Source of the DNA: Candidatus Nanogingivalaceae bacterium
GTDB lineage: Bacteria; Patescibacteriota; Saccharimonadia; Saccharimonadales; Saccharimonadaceae
Reading direction: 5' to 3'
NCBI GenBank assembly: GCA_015257795.3
Contig: CP072208.2
Coordinates: 330,001 to 362,000 of the forward strand
DNA length: 32,000 nt
Shown: positions 9,194 through 16,857 of the stretch, piece by piece
Numbering within the stretch: position 1 is the first letter of the stretch
Layout: the number at the start of each line of letters is the position of its first letter
Notes under the pieces: model-generated
What the model was told of the DNA's origin: nothing
The model's database searches: none
What the model saw: only the letters and a program-made list of their open reading frames with translations
Program-made: the position numbers and the translations under genes

Positions 9194-10252
9194 TTATTTC
9201 GAAAATCGCATAGCAACTGCAAAAGTTGTTTTAAATTTTTTAGTCTTAGGAATTCGCTCATTTTTCACACTAATATTACTGTGTGTTTTATCGGCTAGCT
9301 TCTTTGCAATTGCCAGCCCTAAGCCATAACCTTCGGTTCGATTATTACAGCTACGCACTTTATCACATCGATAAAATCGATCAAAAAACCGATTTAATTC
9401 ATCTTGTGAAATCTCATTCGAAAAATTCGAAATCTCCAAAATAGCTTGTCGATTTTGCCGAAAAATCTTAACTTCAACAGGGTCTTTCGAAACATTATAT
9501 TTTAAAGCATTATCAATTAAAATTGTCGCCATCTCATCTATTACGGTTTCGTTGTTTTGTATAATAAAATCTTTTCCACCTTCAAATTTAATTCTTTTAT
9601 CCGCATCTGGAAATTTTGCGATTCTTGCCTTTACAACTTCATTTAAATTTGTTGCTGAAAGTGGAATTTCTTCATCAATTTTCGAAAGCTTCAACAACAT
9701 ATTCACCATTGCGGTCAAGCTTTTAGCTTCTTCTAAGTTGCTCTCTAAAACTTCACAAAGTTCCTCTTTAGACGCGTTTTTATCTTTTAAAATCATTTCT
9801 GTTTCGAGTTGTAATGCGGCAAGTGGCGTTCTGATTTCATGACTCGCATTTGAAACAAACTCAGACTGTAACTTGTGGGCTTGTTCGAGTGGCTCTAGAG
9901 CGCGATGCGCAAGCCAAAAACTGCCAACTCCACCGGCGAGCAAAATTGAAAAATCTAGAATTAGAATAGCTTCCGTTATTTGTTCGCTAGCCCGCTTGTT
10001 TCGTGCGGTAATTATTCTCGTTCTAAACTCATCGCTACCGTATGAGTCTTTATCTTCCTCTTTAAAAGCTCCCATCTCTACCGATGGTGTAGAGATTTCC
10101 ATATTGTTCGTATTTATCGAATAAAAAATAACTATATTAAAAATACCAACAATCGCTAATAAAATCAAAAAATATAGCATCGAAAGACTAAAATGCGCAC
10201 TTCGAAAAATATCACCGCCAAATCGTAAAAAATTACTGTTTTTATTCTTCAT
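9194..10252 (-). CDS. Sensor histidine kinase (two TM segments, HisKA plus HATPase_c)
   Basis: H-box SNASHEIRTPL, N-box IDNALKYN, FDRFYR, and G2 box GYGLGLAIAKKL. The ATG overlaps the response-regulator stop by 11 nt. Confidence 0.9.
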   Translation of the reverse strand: MKNKNSNFLRFGGDIFRSAHFSLSMLYFLILLAIVGIFNIVIFYSINTNNMEISTPSVEMGAFKEEDKDSYGSDEFRTRIITARNKRASEQITEAILILDFSILLAGGVGSFWLAHRALEPLEQAHKLQSEFVSNASHEIRTPLAALQLETEMILKDKNASKEELCEVLESNLEEAKSLTAMVNMLLKLSKIDEEIPLSATNLNEVVKARIAKFPDADKRIKFEGGKDFIIQNNETVIDEMATILIDNALKYNVSKDPVEVKIFRQNRQAILEISNFSNEISQDELNRFFDRFYRCDKVRSCNNRTEGYGLGLAIAKKLADKTHSNISVKNERIPKTKKFKTTFAVAMRFSK

Positions 10253-10916
10253 CGATTTTATACCCTAAGCCACGAACTGTTTTAATTAATTTATCCTTAA
10301 ACGGCTTATCAACCTTTTCGCGCAAATAGCTAATATAAACTTCAATATTATTTGGCAAAATATCAGCATCATAGTCCCAAACGTGGGCGATAATTTGCTC
10401 TTTCGAAACTGGTCGACCAGCGTTTCGAACAAGATATCCTAAAAGCGAAAATTCTTTATTTGTGAGTTCGATTTTTTGATTATTTCGAAGAACTTCATGT
10501 GTATTTAAATCTAGCGATAAATCAGCCACTCTTAAAACCGTTTCCACTGACGTTTGAGGCCGACGTAAAAGCGCACGCACGCGTGCAAGAAGCTCATCGA
10601 GCGCAAATGGTTTTGTTAAATAATCATCCGCGCCACCATCTAAACCTTCTGTTTTATCTTGAGTTGCTCCAAGTGCGGTTAAAAGCAAAATTGGCACATT
10701 TTTTCCTTCTTCTCGAAGTTTTTTAGTTAGGCTCAAACCATCGTAATCACCGGGAATCATTCGATCAAGAATTAATAAATCATAGTCGATCATTCCAGCC
10801 ATCGCATAAGCATCTGTACCATCGTATGAAATATCCACGGCATATTTTTCATTTTTTAAAGCTCGCCCGAGTGCTCGAGCAATTTTTCGTTCATCTTCAA
10901 CAATCAAAATTCTCAT
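10242..10916 (-). CDS. OmpR-family response regulator (receiver plus winged-helix)
   Basis: MRILIVEDE..., phospho-acceptor context LLILD, conserved LTKPF, and C-terminal TVRGLGYK. Confidence 0.92.
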   Translation of the reverse strand: MRILIVEDERKIARALGRALKNEKYAVDISYDGTDAYAMAGMIDYDLLILDRMIPGDYDGLSLTKKLREEGKNVPILLLTALGATQDKTEGLDGGADDYLTKPFALDELLARVRALLRRPQTSVETVLRVADLSLDLNTHEVLRNNQKIELTNKEFSLLGYLVRNAGRPVSKEQIIAHVWDYDADILPNNIEVYISYLREKVDKPFKDKLIKTVRGLGYKIDEE

Positions 10917-10924
10917 ATGTAATT

Positions 10925-10933
10925 ATTTTATCA
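10925..10933 (-). promoter_or_regulatory. Extended -10 (TGaTAAAAT) 8 nt upstream of the response-regulator ATG
   Basis: No SD lies between the -10 and the ATG, and the -35 is poor. Confidence 0.4.
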
Positions 10934-10970
10934 TGCTTTACTTAAAAATTCCTGAAAATTTATTTTTTCG

Positions 10971-10998
10971 AAAAAAAGAAAAGCCCCAAAATGAGGCT
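10971..10998 (-). terminator. Rho-independent terminator of the 108-aa gene
   Basis: AGCCTC-ATTTT-GGGGCT followed by TTTTCTTTTTTT. A second hairpin (CAAGATAA-CTTA-TTATCTTG, 11002-11021) straddles the stop codon. Confidence 0.55.
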
Positions 10999-11013
10999 AA
11001 TCAAGATAATAAG

Positions 11014-11340
11014 TTATCTTGCAATAAATTTACGGCGAGTTCTTCTTTTGTTCGATTCTATGGATCTTTTGAGTTCAGACAGAAAAAGTGCAACATAGCA
11101 GCCAATAGGGCTTAATGGATTAGTTTCGAAAAACATGTCAGATCCATTACACAAAAAAATAGTTCCAATTCTGCCCCAGTTCCTTCCGCTAAAAATTATA
11201 CATCCATCTAGAGGATTATAGTTCATGGAATTTTTTTTACCAATAAAGCATATAAAAGATCTATCACTGTAAATTTTTTCAACTTTATCATCGAAAGACT
11301 TTTCAAATATCTTTCTTAAAACATCCTCGCTCAATTTCAT
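11014..11340 (-). CDS. Hypothetical protein, 108 aa, orphan
   Basis: Strong SD (GGAGGTGG) 6 nt from the ATG, with its own promoter and terminator. I recognise no motif. Confidence 0.6.
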   Translation of the reverse strand: MKLSEDVLRKIFEKSFDDKVEKIYSDRSFICFIGKKNSMNYNPLDGCIIFSGRNWGRIGTIFLCNGSDMFFETNPLSPIGCYVALFLSELKRSIESNKRRTRRKFIAR

Positions 11341-11384
11341 AATGTTCCACCTCCAAAAAAATTTCGATTTTGAAAATCTTTTAA

Positions 11385-11413
11385 ACTATACAACTTTTTA
11401 CAATAAAAGTCAA
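11385..11413 (-). promoter_or_regulatory. Promoter of the 108-aa orphan gene (TTGACT-17-TATAGT)
   Basis: Exact 17-nt spacer. The -35 overlaps the 3' arm of the permease terminator. Confidence 0.6.
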
Positions 11414-11440
11414 GAGCCGTTCTTTTTCGAACAGCTCTTG
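11404..11440 (-). terminator. Rho-independent terminator of the ABC operon
   Basis: 12-bp stem CAAGAGCTGTTC / GAACGGCTCTTG with one GU pair, then ACTTTTATT. Confidence 0.65.
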
Positions 11441-11457
11441 TTAATTTTTAAGCTAAT

Positions 11458-12699
11458 TTAAGCGATTTTCTTTTTCGAAAAAATACTTTTTAGGTTTATT
11501 TTTGACCCGTATGCAATTGTGCCAAAACGGAAAATTCGCACAGCTAGCCAAATCGCAACAATCGCAAAGACAATTAGTAATAAAATTCCAACTAATGCTT
11601 CGGAAAAACTTAAAGTTCCAAGCATATTTCGAAGCAACAAAGAGATCGGCGAAGTTAGAGGAAAATAACTCAAAAAGATTACAATCTCATTTGGTTCGTT
11701 CACAAAGAATGAAGGAAGAACAAAAAGCGGCGCCATTAGAGTCATTATAATCATTCCAAAATAGTTTGAGGCTTCTTGTGCCGTTGGCATCATTGCGCCC
11801 AATGCAACAATAAATCCCGTCACCATCATAAATCCGGCAATTAAAATTATCGCCGAAATTGCAATTGTACTAAATTCCCACCTTATATTTGGAAGAATTG
11901 TTGATAAATCTGGTAAATTGATATTTTTCGCAAAATCTCCTACATTCGAAATCAAAAACAGCATCACAACTCCAGTTAAGAGTAAAGTCAAAATTTGAAC
12001 AATTCCTAAAACTATGATTGAAATTATTTTACCCAAAATAAGTGTTCGTGCAGAAATACTTGTTAGAATTATCTCCGTTACGCGGTTTTCTTTTTCTTCG
12101 GTTGTGCTTGTAAGCATTCGATTTGAGAGAAAAACTGTAATAAAATAGAAAACGAACAAGAAAATTCCTGGAGCAATCATTTCATAAATCTGCTCATATT
12201 TTTGGCCATTTTTAAAGATAGTTTGTTCGGTTTTATAGGTTTCATTGATTAAAACTAACTGATTTGCGCTCGTAGCTTTCGCGCTTGAATTCTTTAAAAT
12301 ACTCTTTAAAACGGCACTGTATTTAGCATTTTCATTTATATTTACATTCTTGGCGTAAATCTCAACTTTTTCATGAGTCAAATCTTTTGGAATAAAATAA
12401 AACGCATCGATTTTTTGATCTTTAACTTTCGCAATTGAAGCTGCTTTATTTTTCGAAACATTACCTTTCATTCCAGTAATAACATCTTTCGAAATCATTG
12501 AACTCTCATCTTGAATATCAAATGAAAAAGTTTCTTTTGCGAGTTTTTCTTGATTTTCGCGAGTTTGAGCACTTGAAATTGCACTAAAACCAAATATTAC
12601 GCCATAAATCAAAGGTATTGCAAAAATTGCAGCCCAAAAAGTTGGCTTTTTTAACGCTCGAAAAACTTCAAATTTTAAAACCGTTCCTAGATTATACAT
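11458..12699 (-). CDS. ABC-2 type transporter permease with a large extracytoplasmic loop
   Basis: One N-terminal TM segment, a soluble loop of about 150 aa, then 5 TM segments. I moved the start to ATG 12699, which has GAGGA upstream and overlaps the ATPase stop as ATGTATAA. Confidence 0.85.
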   Translation of the reverse strand: MYNLGTVLKFEVFRALKKPTFWAAIFAIPLIYGVIFGFSAISSAQTRENQEKLAKETFSFDIQDESSMISKDVITGMKGNVSKNKAASIAKVKDQKIDAFYFIPKDLTHEKVEIYAKNVNINENAKYSAVLKSILKNSSAKATSANQLVLINETYKTEQTIFKNGQKYEQIYEMIAPGIFLFVFYFITVFLSNRMLTSTTEEKENRVTEIILTSISARTLILGKIISIIVLGIVQILTLLLTGVVMLFLISNVGDFAKNINLPDLSTILPNIRWEFSTIAISAIILIAGFMMVTGFIVALGAMMPTAQEASNYFGMIIMTLMAPLFVLPSFFVNEPNEIVIFLSYFPLTSPISLLLRNMLGTLSFSEALVGILLLIVFAIVAIWLAVRIFRFGTIAYGSKINLKSIFSKKKIA

Positions 12700-13600
12700 T
12701 TTTTTCCTCGCCTTCTTTACCATAAATTTCCAAGAAAATTTCATTCAAAGTTGATTTTTGAACTTTAAAGTTTAGAATTCGCAAATCTTTCGAGATTAGC
12801 TCTTTTAGAATTTCTTGCGAATCTACTTTTGGCGACAATTCAGCGTAATTTGTTTCTTTTTTAATTATTTCGAATTTATCGCTTTTTGGCAATTCACCAA
12901 CAAACTCAAGAATAATTCGTTGCTTACCGAACTGATTTCGAATTTCATCAACCGTACCATAAGCCTTCGTTTTGCCATTTTTTAGTAGCAAAGCACGATT
13001 ACAAATCTTTTCAACTTCTTCCATCTGATGCGTCACCATAATAATCGTTGCTCCGCGAGCGTTTTCTTCCTTAATAATCTCCATCAATAACTCGCGATTT
13101 ACAGGGTCAAAACCTTTTGTTGGCTCATCTAAAATGAGCAAGTCCGGCTTTCCCATAATCGTAATTCCAAGCTGAATTTTTTGTTGTTGACCACCCGAAA
13201 GCTTATCAATATTCAACCGCGCCTTATCTTCAAGCCCAACGCGCTTTAAAAAATCCTGCGAAAAATCCCGTGCTTCTTTTTTCGAAAGCCCTTTAAGCTG
13301 ACCAAAATATTGCATTACGTCAATAACTTTTTCTTTTCGGTAAAGTCCGCGCTCTTCTGGCAAATAACCAATCAAACCAGTTCTTTCCGGTGAAAATTTC
13401 TTCCCATTAATTAAAAGCTCGCCCGAGTCTGCTTGATAAATTCCCAGCAATGCTCTAATTGTTGTTGTTTTTCCACTACCGTTTGAACCCAAAAAACCAA
13501 AAATTTCACCTCTTTTAACGCTGAAATTTAGTCCATGAATTATTTTCTTGCCACCAAACGATAGCTCAAAGTCTTTAATTGAAACAATATCTTCATTCAT
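12692..13600 (-). CDS. ABC transporter ATP-binding protein
   Basis: Walker A GSNGSGKTT, signature LSGGQQQK, Walker B LLILDEPT. Confidence 0.93.
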   Translation of the reverse strand: MNEDIVSIKDFELSFGGKKIIHGLNFSVKRGEIFGFLGSNGSGKTTTIRALLGIYQADSGELLINGKKFSPERTGLIGYLPEERGLYRKEKVIDVMQYFGQLKGLSKKEARDFSQDFLKRVGLEDKARLNIDKLSGGQQQKIQLGITIMGKPDLLILDEPTKGFDPVNRELLMEIIKEENARGATIIMVTHQMEEVEKICNRALLLKNGKTKAYGTVDEIRNQFGKQRIILEFVGELPKSDKFEIIKKETNYAELSPKVDSQEILKELISKDLRILNFKVQKSTLNEIFLEIYGKEGEEKNV

Positions 13601-13609
13601 TATGTAACC

Positions 13610-13618
13610 ATTTTAGCA
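13610..13618 (-). promoter_or_regulatory. Extended -10 (TGcTAAAAT) 9 nt upstream of the ABC ATPase ATG
   Basis: No SD, and a poor -35. Confidence 0.4.
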
Positions 13619-13646
13619 CGAAAACCGCAAAAAAAAAGCCCCACAA

Positions 13647-13675
13647 TTGAATACCTTTTCGAAAAGTGTTAAAAT
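13647..13675 (+). promoter_or_regulatory. queA promoter (TTGAAT-17-TGtTAAAAT), with the ATG 6 nt after the -10
   Basis: Exact 17-nt spacer and no SD. The geometry predicts a transcription start at or next to the ATG. Confidence 0.6.
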
Positions 13676-13681
13676 ATAAAA

Positions 13682-14809
13682 ATGGAACTTAAAGATTATA
13701 CTTATGAATTGCCCGAAGACCGAATTGCGGCACATCCGCCAAAAATTCGCGGAACTTCAAGATTGTTAGCTTTAAATCGAAAAAATGGCGCAATGACAGA
13801 TAGCTTCTATAAAAATATTGCAGATTTTTTCGAAAAAGGCGATTTGTTAATTTTAAACGACACCAAGGTTATTAAAGCACGCCTTTTTGCAACAAAAGAA
13901 AATGGCGCCGAGCGTGAACTAGTTATTTTGGAGCGCCACAGTTTTGATAATGACTGGCATAAACACAAAGTAATGTATCGTGGAAAACTTAAAGCTGGCA
14001 ACAAACTTTTTGTCAAAAACTCTTCGCCTGAAGAAAAAAATCAAAATCAAAATTCTAAAGCTGAAATTGTTGTAGAAGAAATTCTTGGCGACGGCATTGC
14101 GATTGTAAGTTCGAAAGCTGATTTACGCGAACTTTGCGAAAATTTCGGCACAGTTCCGCTTCCGCCATATATGCGCCGAGATGCAACTCCGCTCGACATC
14201 GAACGTTACCAAACAGTTTTTGCGGAAGAAAAAGGTTCTGTTGCTGCTCCAACCGCTAGTTTAAATATGACAGAAGAAATTCTCGATTCTTTACGCAAAA
14301 AAGGTGTGGAAATTAAATATTTAACCCTTCACGTTGGGCTTGGAACTTTCATGCCGATTCGTGTTGAAAAAATCGAAGAACATAAAATGCATCAAGAATA
14401 TTTCGAAATTCCGGCCGAAACAGCCGAAGAAATTCGAAAAACACATCAAAACGGTGGTCGAGTTTTCGCACTCGGTACAACCGTTGCCCGAACACTAGAA
14501 TATGCCCATAACGCAATTTTCGAAAAAAGCTTAAATGGAAATTCTGGCAATCGTGAAAATTTAAGTAAGGTTTCAAAAAACCAAAATGGTGATTTATCTG
14601 GTGAAGCTGATATCTTTATTTTTCCAGGCTACGAATTTAAAACAATTCAAGGTTTAATTACAAACTTCCATGCGCCAAAATCAACAGTCTTAATGCTTGC
14701 AAGTGCGTTTGCCGGTTGGGAAAACCTTAAAAACGCTTATAGCCACGCGATCCAAAATGGCGAATATAAGTTTTTGTCTTACGGCGACTCAATGATTATT
14801 TACCAGTAA
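13682..14809 (+). CDS. queA: S-adenosylmethionine:tRNA ribosyltransferase-isomerase
   Basis: MELKDYTYELPEDRIAAHPP..., PLPPYM, GTTVARTLE and NFHAPKSTVLML are typical QueA blocks. It carries two N/Q/S-rich insertions. Confidence 0.9.
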   Translation: MELKDYTYELPEDRIAAHPPKIRGTSRLLALNRKNGAMTDSFYKNIADFFEKGDLLILNDTKVIKARLFATKENGAERELVILERHSFDNDWHKHKVMYRGKLKAGNKLFVKNSSPEEKNQNQNSKAEIVVEEILGDGIAIVSSKADLRELCENFGTVPLPPYMRRDATPLDIERYQTVFAEEKGSVAAPTASLNMTEEILDSLRKKGVEIKYLTLHVGLGTFMPIRVEKIEEHKMHQEYFEIPAETAEEIRKTHQNGGRVFALGTTVARTLEYAHNAIFEKSLNGNSGNRENLSKVSKNQNGDLSGEADIFIFPGYEFKTIQGLITNFHAPKSTVLMLASAFAGWENLKNAYSHAIQNGEYKFLSYGDSMIIYQ

Positions 14810-14842
14810 AAATAGAGCGACTCAACGCTCTATTTTATTTTT
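14807..14842. terminator. Bidirectional terminator between convergent queA and gpmA
   Basis: AATAGAGCG-actcaa-CGCTCTATT, flanked by A-runs and T-runs on both sides. Confidence 0.7.
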
Positions 14843-15533
14843 ATTCACCTAGCGAGTATTCTTTCAAAACTTTTAAGTTTTCGTCAAATTCAAACACTAA
14901 TGGCGGGAAATTAGGGATTTCGACGCCCATAATTTCGTCATCACTCAAACCTTTGATATGTTTCACAAGCGCACGAATCGAGTTTCCGTGAGCGCCAACA
15001 AATACATTTTTACCACTTTTCAAAGCTGGTGCAATTTGATCTTCCCAAAACGGTAGAGCTCGCTCCAAAGTTACTTTTAAGTTTTCAGCATCCGGAATAA
15101 CTGAATCATCCAACAAGGCATATCGACGATCATTATGTGCAGAATATTCATCATCTCGTGGCATTTCTGGAGGTAAAGTATCATATGAACGACGCCAAAT
15201 ATGAACTTGCTCATCACCATATTTTTCAGCTGCTTCGGCTTTGTTTTTACCAGTCAAGCCACCATAATGTCGCTCATTCAAACGCCAAGATTTTTGAACT
15301 GGAACCCATAGCTGATCCGAATACTCTAGCGCCAAATTAGTTGTTTTAATAGCACGCTTCAAAACCGATGTAAAAGCAACATCAAATTCAATCCCAGCAT
15401 CTTTAATTAATTTTCCAGCATCAATGGCCTGCTGAACGCCTTTTTCGCTTAAATCAACATCAGCCCAACCAGTAAAAAGATTTGCCTTATTCCATTCACT
15501 TTCACCGTGTCGAGCAAAAACTAATTTAGCCAT
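14841..15533 (-). CDS. gpmA: 2,3-bisphosphoglycerate-dependent phosphoglycerate mutase
   Basis: RHGESEWN and [10 protein letters not shown] motifs. I moved the start to ATG 15533 ([10 protein letters not shown]), preceded by AAAGGAGAAGGA. The track's GTG 15578 lies inside the promoter. Confidence 0.93.
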   Translation of the reverse strand: MAKLVFARHGESEWNKANLFTGWADVDLSEKGVQQAIDAGKLIKDAGIEFDVAFTSVLKRAIKTTNLALEYSDQLWVPVQKSWRLNERHYGGLTGKNKAEAAEKYGDEQVHIWRRSYDTLPPEMPRDDEYSAHNDRRYALLDDSVIPDAENLKVTLERALPFWEDQIAPALKSGKNVFVGAHGNSIRALVKHIKGLSDDEIMGVEIPNFPPLVFEFDENLKVLKEYSLGE

Positions 15534-15568
15534 TCCTTCTCCTTTCAAAATCTGTTTTTTCATTAACA

Positions 15569-15597
15569 ATTTTATCACTTTAAAAGCATTCCTTCAA
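15569..15597 (-). promoter_or_regulatory. gpmA promoter (TTGAAG-17-TGaTAAAAT)
   Basis: Exact 17-nt spacer, followed by a leader of about 30 nt with an SD. Confidence 0.6.
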
Positions 15598-15610
15598 GGC
15601 TTATTTAATA

Positions 15611-15639
15611 TTGACTTAACACCTAAAATATGTTAAAAT
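15611..15639 (+). promoter_or_regulatory. Promoter of the 350-aa coiled-coil gene (TTGACT-17-TGtTAAAAT)
   Basis: Exact 17-nt spacer. It is divergent from the gpmA promoter, 14 nt away. Confidence 0.6.
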
Positions 15640-15721
15640 TTCTTTTAATCGATTGATAGTTCTTTAAAAAGTTGTTCTAACTTTAACTATTTTTCGAAAT
15701 TCTTTAAAAGGAGGCTCTGAT

Positions 15722-16774
15722 ATGAGAAAGAGCAATAAAAAATTAACTGCAGAAGAAATTCAGGAAATTAAAGATATTCTAGAGAAAATCCAAGAAATCC
15801 CCAATTTTAAGAAAATATTTGGAGATGACACGATCAAAGCTCTAGAAAATTCTATAAAAACTGGCGTTTTACTCCCGGATAATATTATTTCGAAAATACA
15901 CACTTTAATGATTCGATTTGGTATAAAGCCCCGCCGTAAAAATATTAGCCCTAAAACTAAGCGCCGAAAGCGAAGGTCGGCTACAAAAAACGAGGCCAAG
16001 AATGAAGCCAAATGCATCAAAATGGTCAATAACCTGAAAGAAACAGTTAAGAATAGGAACCGAGATATCGGTCAAAAAAATCTAACCATTTCTAAATTAC
16101 GGCAAGAAAAAAATAATCTAGAAGAAGATAATCGTAAGCTTTTAGCAACTACAAAATATCAAGAAACTGAAATTCGCGAGCTCAATGATACTCTAGATTC
16201 TTTACAAAAAATCGTTGGAGATCCCGAGAAATTGCTTGAAACTTACGCAAAAATAATCCAAGAAAATGCTACGAATGAAGCATCTAAAAAGTCCGGAGCA
16301 CTCATCGAAGATCTTCAACAAAAAAATACCGCTTTAGCTGAAAGAATAAATAACTTAGAAAAAGAAAACGAAGAATTGACGAATATTCAAGATTCAACTT
16401 TTGAAACTCAGAAAATTTTCACTAATGAAGATATTACCGAAATGCGAAAGTTAAATATTTTCGTAATTAGAAATAACATGCGAAAAGGTAGTTCAAGTCT
16501 AATTCAGAAAAAGCTTCTTAATGATTTTGGTGATAAATCTGAGATTTTCAACGAAATCGACAACATCCAGCAAGCCCGCGACAAGATTAAGGCTGCACTT
16601 AGCGGGAATCGGTTCGATTATGTTGTTTTATATATCGACGGGATATCTCACAGTATTTCGAACGGATTTAATATCTATAACGAACCTCAAATAATTGTCA
16701 TTAAAAAAGATCAAGAAAATCTGAATTCTATCAAATCTAAAATTCTTGAGCGAAATCGAACATTAACAGTTTAA
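15722..16774 (+). CDS. Hypothetical charged coiled-coil protein with a small C-terminal alpha/beta domain
   Basis: AAAGGAGG SD, with its own promoter and terminator. It has a basic patch (KPRRKNISPKTKRRKRRS) and long heptad-like E/K/N/L region. The C-terminus (FDYVVLYIDGISHS...IIVIKK) resembles my memory of the DUF2325 layout, which is unverified. Confidence 0.7.
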   Translation: MRKSNKKLTAEEIQEIKDILEKIQEIPNFKKIFGDDTIKALENSIKTGVLLPDNIISKIHTLMIRFGIKPRRKNISPKTKRRKRRSATKNEAKNEAKCIKMVNNLKETVKNRNRDIGQKNLTISKLRQEKNNLEEDNRKLLATTKYQETEIRELNDTLDSLQKIVGDPEKLLETYAKIIQENATNEASKKSGALIEDLQQKNTALAERINNLEKENEELTNIQDSTFETQKIFTNEDITEMRKLNIFVIRNNMRKGSSSLIQKKLLNDFGDKSEIFNEIDNIQQARDKIKAALSGNRFDYVVLYIDGISHSISNGFNIYNEPQIIVIKKDQENLNSIKSKILERNRTLTV

Positions 16775-16775
16775 T

Positions 16776-16800
16776 AAGCCCTTTTGGGCTTTTTTATTTT
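16776..16800 (+). terminator. Terminator of the 350-aa coiled-coil gene
   Basis: AAGCCC-TTTT-GGGCTT followed by TTTTATTTT. Confidence 0.65.
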
Positions 16801-16806
16801 TCATTT

Positions 16807-16831
16807 AAAAAAGCGCCAGATAACCTAGCGC
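16807..16831 (-). terminator. nrdD terminator
   Basis: Minus strand reads GCGCTAG-GTTAT-CTGGCGC (one GU pair) followed by T6. Confidence 0.55.
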
Positions 16832-16857
16832 CCAAATAATATTTACTTAGAAAAATT

